The position numbers and the translations under genes were made by a program. From positions 1-64,000 of the forward strand of contig CDMY01000249.1 of the NCBI GenBank assembly GCA_001179505.1: 64,000 nucleotides of DNA, in the 5' to 3' direction. Shown in pieces: positions 1 through 8,789 of the stretch (its first letter is position 1; the number at the start of each line of letters is the position of its first letter). The stretch is from Vitrella brassicaformis CCMP3155. Its lineage: Eukaryota; Protista; Chromerida. The notes under the pieces are model-generated. The model had not been told where the DNA came from. It saw only the letters and a list, made by a program, of their open reading frames with translations, and did not search any database.

Positions 1-5
1 TGAGC

Positions 6-3000
6 GTGATCAGCAAGCCAATGCTTGATAAGCTGCGGGCCGAGGGGATTGGAGACATAACGCTGACGCCGGCGTCTGTGAAGCTGAGTATGCTGCATCA
101 TGCCGAGGCGACAGTGAAGAGCGTCGCAAAGGTCGCACTGTGGCCTGATGGAGTCAAGGGAGCAGACACAAGCACGACGTGTTTGCGTCCTCTTCTAGTG
201 GATTTTTGCGTTATTGATGGGCCGAAGAGTGTCATCTTACTTGGGGGAAAAGCCATTCGTGAGGAAGGCATCATTGTCGACTTCCAAATGGGCAAAGTGC
301 GCATCACATCCCGACCAGAATGGTCACCTATAGATATACAAGAGCCGCAAATACGAGAGGCAGATGGGTTCAGCATCACTGCGATTGGCGTAATTCGCTT
401 GAAGCCACGCGCCGGGCACGACAAGGCGAGTTGCCAGGTTCTCGTCACTGCCAGGACGCCCATACCAGCCGCAAAAGAGACATGGGTGCGAGCGCGAGTG
501 AGTGGAACTGAGGGCGAAGAAGGGGACATCATTCGTTTGATCGATCGTCCTGCTCTCACGTACCATGGTGGTGACAGGCTTGCTGTCGCCAACCATATGC
601 TGGAGGTCACGAAGGGTCGTCGTTTGTACGTAAGGCTTCGCAATGAATCGCTGAAGAGGGCCGTGCTGCCAAGGAACTACCTGCTAGGGTATTTCGTCAC
701 ATTGCCAAGCCTGGATGATGCAAGTTCCCTAATGCAGACATCTGACACAGCCAAACATCAAATAGCAGCACTAAGAATGACTGATGACGACCTGCCGATG
801 GCGATTGATACGATACCTGCTGAGATTGATCGAGAGCGCCTTGATCATTTGATGGGGACCGCACCAGAGACGGAAGACGTCTGTAATTACCCTAACGCGA
901 ACGGCATCGAGCACAACATTCATGTCGGCAAGGTCCTGACCGAACAACAGAAGACACGGGCGATCGATGTCATTCGGGAGACACAACAAACAGGGGTCTT
1001 CTCAAAAGACAGCACTGACCTCGCTCATGTCGATCCATCGTTCGGTGTGCATCGAATCTCTGTTAGCGGCAATCCGCCTTACATGGAACCACGGAAGCTG
1101 GCACAGACGGAGTATGAGCAAGCCGTGAAGATAGTGAGTGACCTGGAGGCCAAAGGCATTGTCGAGCCTGCGGATTCCGAATACAATTCTGCGATTGTGA
1201 TGGTCAAGAAGAAGGACGGCACTTGGCGTTTGTGTGTGGATTACCGATGGCTGAACGAGATCACTGAAAAGTCCCGCTAAGCTCCACCATTAATCGATCG
1301 ATGTTTTGAATGCCTCCAAGGCATGTGCTGGTTTACGACGCTAGTCGATGTCCATCCGGATGACCGACACAAGACAGCATTCTCGATCGACGGGCAGACG
1401 CAGAAGCAGTGGACGCGTATGCCGATGGGCTTGTGTAACAGTGTCGCGACATTTCAGCGAGTAATGGACAAGGCGCTGGCACCTGTGCTGTGGAAGAGCA
1501 CATTCGTGTATGTAGACGACATTGTCATCTTCTCGCGTACCTTCGAGGAGCATTGCAAGCACATCCTCGAGACATTCCGTTTGTTTCAAGCAGCCAATGT
1601 CAAAGTGAAGCCGAGCAAATGCACCTTCTTCGCCAGAATCATATCAATTCTCGGCTTCCTCGTGTCTAGCACGGGCTGCAAGCTGATCCGAAGAAGATTG
1701 AAAAGATGGTCCACATGGCTGAGCCGACAGACAAGAAGGAAGTGAGGAGCATCCTAGGTGTCTTCCAGTTCTACAAACGATTTGTAGATGGCTATGCCGA
1801 CTTGGCGAGGCCGCTTACTGACCTGACAAAGAAGAGCAATCCATTCGTGTGGGGAGAAAAAGAGAGGAAGGCATTCCAGTCACTGAAGGACAGGATGATC
1901 CAGGCACCTGTGGTGGCCTTGCCTGATTTCAAGAAGCCATTCATTCTCAAAACGAACGCGAGCGGCTATGCGGTTGGCGCGATTCTCTGCCAGCGAGACG
2001 GCAACGGCAAGGAGAGACCGATCCACTATGCAAGTGCGATTCTCGGTGTCTCTGAGCGAAAGTGGTCAGCAACAGAAAGGGAGGCGCACGCCATCTACTA
2101 TGCCGTTCGTCATTTTCGTCCGTACCTGTTCGGGCATCGATTTGAGCTGGTTTCGGATCATCAAGCATTGAGAGCGCTGCGATTCGCAGAAGAGGGCAAC
2201 CGGAAGCTACAACGATGGTCGCTGATGTTGCAGGACTACGATTTTGTCTTCCGTCATCGACCTGGGAAGGAGCACACAGACGTAGACGCACTCTCGAGAC
2301 CTCCTGGACAAGAAAACGTGGGAGACATCCCTGGTTCGGTCGATGTGCACGAGTACCAACTTGGGGCAATTGACCTTGAGGCCATGGAGGATAGCCCCCT
2401 GTTCCATCTTGACCAGACCATGGAGGCCCAGGACCTGTGTGCTGACGTCTCACGTGTGAAGACGTACCTGAGGGCCAAGGACAACAACACAAGCAAGGGA
2501 GAGCTCGATCAGCTGCGTGACGCCATTCCGAAATCATATTGGTCGAAGCTTGACGATGCTTGCCTACTTGATGGGCTGGTGAGGGTTGTGTCGAAACACC
2601 AGGAGCATCGACCTGTGTTGCTGGTGCCCACGTCGCTACGGTTAGAGGCCATGAAGCTGCATCATCAACACCTTTTGGCTGGCCATCTGGCAATTGAGAG
2701 GGCTTACAAGCGCATGGCGCGAGAATTCTACTGGCCAGGGATGTATGGCGACCTCCGCAAGCATATCGACGCTTGTCCAGCTTGCGAGAGCAAACGAAAC
2801 CTGAGGACAAACAAGAGAGCGAGCATACAGATACCGTCAGCTGAGAGACCATTCCAGAGGGTCGCAATGGACTTCATCGGTCCGTTTCAACCTTCAGAAG
2901 ATGGCAATCAGTGGGCGCTCACCCTTCAGGATGACTTCACGAAATGGCCAGAGGTTGAGCTTTTCCGCAGTGCATCGACCGGTGAAGGCACGGTTAAGGC

Positions 3001-4130
3001 AATCATCAGGGTCATCGCGAGACACGGAGTTCCGGAAGAAATCATCACCGACAATGGGAGCCACTTCGTCAACCAATTGATGCATGAGGTGACGACCAGG
3101 CTGCGGATCAAACATACTCGGGCTTCACCGCTGCATCCACAAGGCAATGGGATGATTGAGCGTTTCAATCGCTCTCTGAAGGATGGCATTCGTCCGCACT
3201 TGGACAAGAAGCAGACGAACTGGGACAGGGCCATCCAGGTCTTCCTCTATGCATATCGCACAACGGAGCACCAATCCACCGGATTCACGCCTTTCAAAAT
3301 GCTGACAGGGCGAGAGGCAGTCCATCCCGGCAGCACTGTGCGGCTCGTTGCTCTTAACGAGTCGGCAGCGAAGGACATTGACCTGCAAGATGCCACCAAG
3401 CTGATAGTCGAGGGCATCCAAGCCATTCATGAGAAGGCCCGCGTGAACATGGATAAAGCCAAACAGCGAGTAGCTGCTCGTGAGAGGGATCTTCCTGCAG
3501 CGAGAGAATTCAAGCCAGGAAACAGGGTTCGCATTTTCAACAACCAGGTGCCCAGGGGCCTCAGCAAGAAACTCATCTCACCTTGGCGGACAGTCGGCAT
3601 CATTGAAAAGAAGACGGGACCCGTCACATACAAGGTCCGTGTGTGCGGCGACCAGACGGCGAAAACCATCAATGTTAATCGACTGATGGCATCCACACCG
3701 CCGTTGGGCGAATGCATCCACGATGGAGCCTTTGAGGTGCCAGAAAGCCACCTGACGAGGGACAGGAGACAGACGGTATTCAATCAGGACGCATTCTTGT
3801 CGCCTGAACAAGAGGATACCTTGAAAGGCTTCGCTCTTGGAGAAGACCACATGCCGACACAGAACAGAGAATCATCACTTGGAGCTGCGTTGGACCCGAT
3901 GGTGAATGATCCGCATCTCAATGACGTCGAGCCGGATGCACGATTTGAGAAGGGCGTTGAGCACGAAGTGGAAGCCATCGTTGGGAAGAGGATCCACAAG
4001 GGGCGTGTCCAATACAAATGCAAATGGCGCTGGCATCCACTCTCGAGCGCGTCATGGGAGGACGAGAGCGACGTGCTCTGCAAACAACTTGTGCAGGACT
4101 ACGAGAACCGTGACGTGGGCTCTGACCTGC
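6..4130 (+). mobile_element. pol: Ty3/Gypsy LTR retrotransposon pol (protease C-term, RT, RNase H, integrase, chromodomain); degenerate copy, 5' part outside the window
   Basis: PR-RT-RH-INT order. Protease C-terminal VDFCVIDGP..ILLG; RT motifs KKDGTWRLCVDYRWLN, HKTAF, MPMGLCNSVATFQRVM, YVDD; RNase H KTNASGYAVGAIL/SDHQAL; integrase HHQHLLAGH..C..C zinc finger, MDFIGP, TDNG, GMIERFNRSLK; chromodomain EVEAIVGKRIHKGRVQYKCKWRW. In-frame TAA at 1278-1280, the usual DL-x-x-G-Y/F-W-Q segment missing after FTTL, and a frameshift near 1680. Confidence 0.95.
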
Positions 4131-4430
4131 NNNNNNNNNNNNNNNNNNNNNNNNNNNNNNNNNNNNNNNNNNNNNNNNNNNNNNNNNNNNNNNNNNNNNN
4201 NNNNNNNNNNNNNNNNNNNNNNNNNNNNNNNNNNNNNNNNNNNNNNNNNNNNNNNNNNNNNNNNNNNNNNNNNNNNNNNNNNNNNNNNNNNNNNNNNNNN
4301 NNNNNNNNNNNNNNNNNNNNNNNNNNNNNNNNNNNNNNNNNNNNNNNNNNNNNNNNNNNNNNNNNNNNNNNNNNNNNNNNNNNNNNNNNNNNNNNNNNNN
4401 NNNNNNNNNNNNNNNNNNNNNNNNNNNNNN
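4131..4430. other. Assembly gap (300 N)
   Basis: Run of N. Confidence 1.
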
Positions 4431-4436
4431 TGGCGG

Positions 4437-6000
4437 AGCTGAGAGACCATTCCAGAGGGTCGCAATGGACTTCATCGGTCCGTTTCGACCTTCAGAAGAT
4501 GGCAATCAGTGGGCGCTTACCATCCAGGATGACTTCACGAAATGGCCAGAGGTTGAGCTTTTCCGCAGTGCACCGACAGGTGAAGACACGGTTAAGGCAA
4601 TCATCAGGGTCATCGCGAGACACGGAGTTCCAGAAGAGATCATCACCGACAATGGGAGCCACTTCGTCAACCAATTGATGCATGAGGTGACGACCAGGCT
4701 GCGGATCAAACATACTCGGGCTCCACCGCTGCATCCACAAGGCAATGGGATGATTGAGCGTTTCAATCGCTCTCTGAAGGATGGCATTCGTCCGTACTTG
4801 GACAAGAAGCAGACGAACTGGGACAGGGCCATCCAGGTCTTCCTCTATGCGTACCGCACAACGGAGCACCAATCCACCGGATTCACGCCTTTCAAAATGC
4901 TGACAGGGCGAGAGGCAGTCCATCCCGGCAGCACTGTGCGGCTCGTTGCCCTTAACGAGTCGGCAGGGAAGGACATTGACCTGCAAGATGCCACCAAGCT
5001 GATAGTCGAGGGCATCCAAGCCATTCATGAGAAGGCCCGCGTGAACATGGATAGAGCCAAACAGCGAGGAGCTGCTCGTGAGAGGGATCTTCCTGCAGCG
5101 AGAGAATTCAAGCCAGGAGACAGGGTGCGCATTTTCAACAACCAGGTGCCCAGGGGCCTCAGTAAGAAAGCCATCTCACCTTGGCGGACAGTCGGCATCG
5201 TCGAGAAGAAGACGGGACCCGTCACATACAAGGTCCGTGTGTGCGGCGACCAGACGGCGAAAACCATCAATGTTGATCGACTGAAGGCATCCACACCGCC
5301 GTTGGGCGAATGCATCCACGATGGAGCCTTTGAGGTGCCAGAAAGCCACCTGACGAGGGACAGGAGACAGACGGTATTCAATCAGGACGCATTCTTGTCG
5401 CCTGAACAAGAGGATACCTTGAAAGGCTTCGCTCTTGGAGAAGACCACATGCCGACACAGAACAGAGAATCATCACTTGGAGCTGCGTTGGACCCGATGG
5501 TGAATGATCCGCATCTCAATGACGTCGAGCCGGATGCACGATTTGAGAAGGGCGTTGAGCACGAAGTGGAAGCCATCGTTGGGAAGAGGATCCACAAGGG
5601 GCGTGTCCAATACAAATGCAAATGGCGCTGGCATCCACTCTCGAGCGCGTCATGGGAGGACGAGAGCGACGTGCTCTGCAAACAACTTGTGCAGGACTAC
5701 GAGAACCGTGACGTGGGCTCTGACCTGCGTTTCGATGATGCGCCATTCCCGCCGTTGTACGCCATTGTGCGCGTGAGGCACTGCAAGGAGCTCAACCGCG
5801 AATACACCGTGAAGGTGACTAAGCTTGACAAGGATGGCATCCAGCTGCATTACCTGAAGGAGCCGACGCGCACAAAGCGGTCAAAGAAGGAGAGCATCGT
5901 GGGGATGAAGAGTGCCATATCGCTGGCCGACTTCCTTCGTTTTTACAAATGGGAGCGAGAAAGGGATGAGTACGAGGACGAACAGGGAGCGGAAGGCTGA
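4437..6000 (+). mobile_element. Second copy of the Gypsy integrase + chromodomain + C-terminal extension
   Basis: 4437-5728 repeats 2839-4130 with scattered substitutions (FQPS/FRPS, TLQD/TIQD, KKLISP/KKAISP). ORF 4465-6000 ends ...EQGAEG*. Confidence 0.93.
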
Positions 6001-6418
6001 ATGACAGGCCGCCGCTGCACTCGCGTTCTTTGCTCAAGCATTGATGTGTACAGTCTTTGCTGAAAGTGCTGTTTTCTTCTGGGGGCCTGCCCACGCTGCA
6101 TGCGCATGTAGTTTACATGCGGATAGGATTATGGCTGCTTTCGCCAGAGACGAGGACTCCCATGCCTAGAAAGGGTGCTGCTCAGCAGCCGGTTCTCATC
6201 TCCAACCACCAGAACACTGAGGGACGGTCATTGATGGGTTGGGCCGTACCGAAGGCGAGGCAGACAAGGAGTTTTTGCTACTGACTGTGGGTTTTCTCCT
6301 TGTATTGTAGTGTATTGTAATGTGCTTACTGTGTATTTTCATCAGCGAGGCATTGATGTGTCATCCTGTGTAGATAGAACGGGTGCTGCTCGGAGCTCAG
6401 CACTCGAAGGGAGGGAAA

Positions 6419-7058
6419 TGTTGCAGGGTGCAAGAAATGACACATCAATGATGAGTCTGTCATGAGGAAAGTGGTGTCTTGCGTGCATGTTGTGGTGTAT
6501 ATCGCTGCGCTGATGAAGGGAGGGAAGGTCCCTCATCGTCAGTGATTCGTCACTCCATCAGCGCACGAGCATTTTCTGGTTACTTTGTGGGGTGTACTGT
6601 CTGCTTTCGCTCCTCTGGGTCTGTATGTGCATGTGTAAGTGTACGTGTGTATGCTCATGCATATGAATGAGACGCGCGGCCTCTACTGCGAGCTTAGCCG
6701 CGTCTTGTAAACTTGGGGGAGACAGGATGGAGTAGACAGGGGAGGAGAGACCGTTGAAGACAGCACAGCGGCAACGGTCTCTCTGTCTTTTTCTTGCGTC
6801 GGCGCCTTCCTTATTCCGACTGGTTGACCTCTGTGTGTTGCTTCGTTTCCCCCTTTCGTGCTTGTTTGAGCATCGGACAGTCCTTTCCATTATCAGTGTC
6901 TGTGTACGGACGCTCACAGCGACTGATATCTTTATCATCGGTCACTCTCACTCAACCACAGCGAAGATCTTTGCCACCAAGCCAATCCGCCTCGTCACTT
7001 CACACATCCATTCTCCACTAAGACCCGCTCGCTGAATAGACACTCGGAAGCTGGAACA
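6419..7058 (+). mobile_element. Putative 3' LTR preceded by a polypurine tract
   Basis: GAAGGGAGGGAAA (6406-6418) is immediately followed by TGTTGCAG. The candidate end AACA at 7055-7058 gives TGTT...AACA termini. The 5' LTR is not in the window, so this is unconfirmed. Confidence 0.5.
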
Positions 7059-7083
7059 GCGAGCCCCCCAAACACCCCACGGC

Positions 7084-7920
7084 CCCAAGCAAAGCAAGCC
7101 AAAGCCAAAGCCAAAGCCAAAGCCAAAGCTGAAGGTGACGAGGGAGAGGAGACACGCAAAGCAAAGCAAAGCAAAGCCATAGCCAAAGGTGACGAGGGAG
7201 AGGAGACACGGAAAGCAAAGCAAAGCAGAGCAGAGCAGAGCAGGGCCCAAGGCGAAAGGCCACGAGGCAGGGGAAGATCAATGCAAAGCAAAGCAGAGCA
7301 GAGCAGGGCCCAAGGTGAATGGCCATGAGGGAGGGGAAAGATCAATGCAAAGCAAAGCAAAGCCAAAGCCAAAGGTGACGAGGGGGAGGAGACAAGCAAA
7401 GCAAAGCAAAGCAAGACATCGGTCCTATCATTCGCCCAACCCGCATGTCTTCCCGGATGTCCATCCATCCATGATTGTGTGCGGCCATGCTTTCGTGTAT
7501 GAGCGTCTTGCCTGTCTGTCTGTCTGTCTGTCTGTCTGTGTGTCTGTGTGTCTGTCCATCCATCCATCCATCCATCATTGTGGTGTATGAGCGTCTTGCC
7601 TGTCTGTCTGTCTGTGTGTCTGTCCATCCATCCATCCATCCATCCATCTGGCTTTGGCTTTGGCTTTGCTTTGCTTTGCTTGTCTCCTCCCCCTCGTCAC
7701 CTGTGGCTTTGCTTTGCTTTGCTTTGCATTGATCTTTCCCCTCCCTCATGGCCATTCACCTTGGGCCCTGCTCTGCTCTGCTTTGCTTTGCTTTGCATTG
7801 ATCTTTCCCCTCCCTCATGGCCTTTCACCTTGGGCCTTGCTCTGCTTTGCTTTGCTTTGCATTGATCTTTCCCCTCCATCATGGCCATTCACCTTGGGCC
7901 TTGCTCTGCTTTGCTTTGTT
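7084..7920. repeat. Foldback-like long inverted repeat with modular arms
   Basis: 7084-7413 is made of (CAAAG)n/(CAGAG)n tracts plus modules GGTGACGAGGGRGAGGAGAC and GGGCCCAAGGTGAATGGCCATGAGGGAGGGGAAAGATCAAT. 7650-7920 carries the reverse complements. The spacer holds two direct copies of GTGTATGAGCGTCTTGCCTGTCTG...(CCAT)n. Confidence 0.88.
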
Positions 7921-8005
7921 GTAGGGTTTCGGTTTGTTTAGGTTTGCTTGGGTTTGCCTAGGGTTGCGTAGGTTTGCTTCGGGGGCTGTACCCGCTGCAT
8001 GCCTC

Positions 8006-8208
8006 CGAGTCCCGACCCCCCGACGGAGGAGGGCAACTCATACCCGAAGTTCGTGTTCGTAATTGGGGCCAAATTGGGGCCTCGAGACTTTTTCATTCGG
8101 TACCGTCTTTTTTGATGAATGCTCATGCGAGCTTGGGGGCTTTGCATGCATTTCGTGACGCGCGAACGCGAGCGAGTCCCGACTCCCCGACGGAGGAGGG
8201 CAACTCAT
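8006..8208 (+). repeat. 36-bp direct repeat pair (8006-8041, 8173-8208)
   Basis: CGAGTCCCGAC(C/T)CCCCGACGGAGGAGGGCAACTCAT, one mismatch. Confidence 0.9.
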
Positions 8209-8318
8209 GCGTGTTTACACACACGGGCGGGCCCCCATGTCTGAGGATCATGACTGAGGATTGTGACACACAGTAGAGCCTTAGCCATTTTGGTCCCAGT
8301 GGTGTGTGCGTTTGTCAT

Positions 8319-8578
8319 GCGATATTGCGTCTTCAACGTGAGTTGCAGGCGGCTGCGTTGGAGAATCGGCGGCTCAAGAGCTGCCTCGACAAGGAGAGGA
8401 CCAGACAGACTGTCAACCAACAGGTGTGTGTGCCAACGACAAAGGCTGCTAATCGGCGTGAGGTGTGTGTCTCCTTATGTCACTGATACAGACCTTCGGC
8501 GCTTTGCAAGAGGAGAATCGCAGCCTCCGTGAGCAGCTGACCAGCAATCAGGGCAGCATCAATGCAGAGAGAAACTGA
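8319..8578 (+). CDS. Two 3' exons of a coiled-coil protein; 5' part not identified
   Basis: ILRLQRELQAAALENRRLKSCLDKERTRQTVNQQ|gt...ag|TFGALQEENRSLREQLTSNQGSINAERN*, heptad-like, canonical splice sites. Confidence 0.45.
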
Positions 8579-8789
8579 GGGCTGCATGCTCACGTGTTGA
8601 TGGACATTTCCAATCAAGTCTTGATGTCTCATTGGCAAACACACAACACCTCACAGCCCCCCGCAGTGGTCCACACGAAGACACAAGAAAGAACCCGAGG
8701 GCTGCCATTCGCCGTGTCATTCACGACGACACATGATCGGTCAGGTCTCACTGTCAGATCACCCACTCACAGTGCCTCATAGCTTCTTA

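Noticed and set aside
1278-1280. TAA in pol as a programmed gag-pol readthrough site
   Set aside because: It lies inside the RT domain (at the expected Tyr of the YPLP-like motif) and comes with a deletion and a frameshift, so it is decay.
6948-7941. Many overlapping ORFs (LCFAL/AKQSK/MDGW repeats) and a CRISPR-like look
   Set aside because: They are translations of stop-free microsatellites. The modules are separated by simple repeats rather than unique spacers, and there are no cas genes.
7921-7982. True telomere or chromosome end
   Set aside because: The tract is short, highly degenerate and internal; kept only as a low-interest finding.
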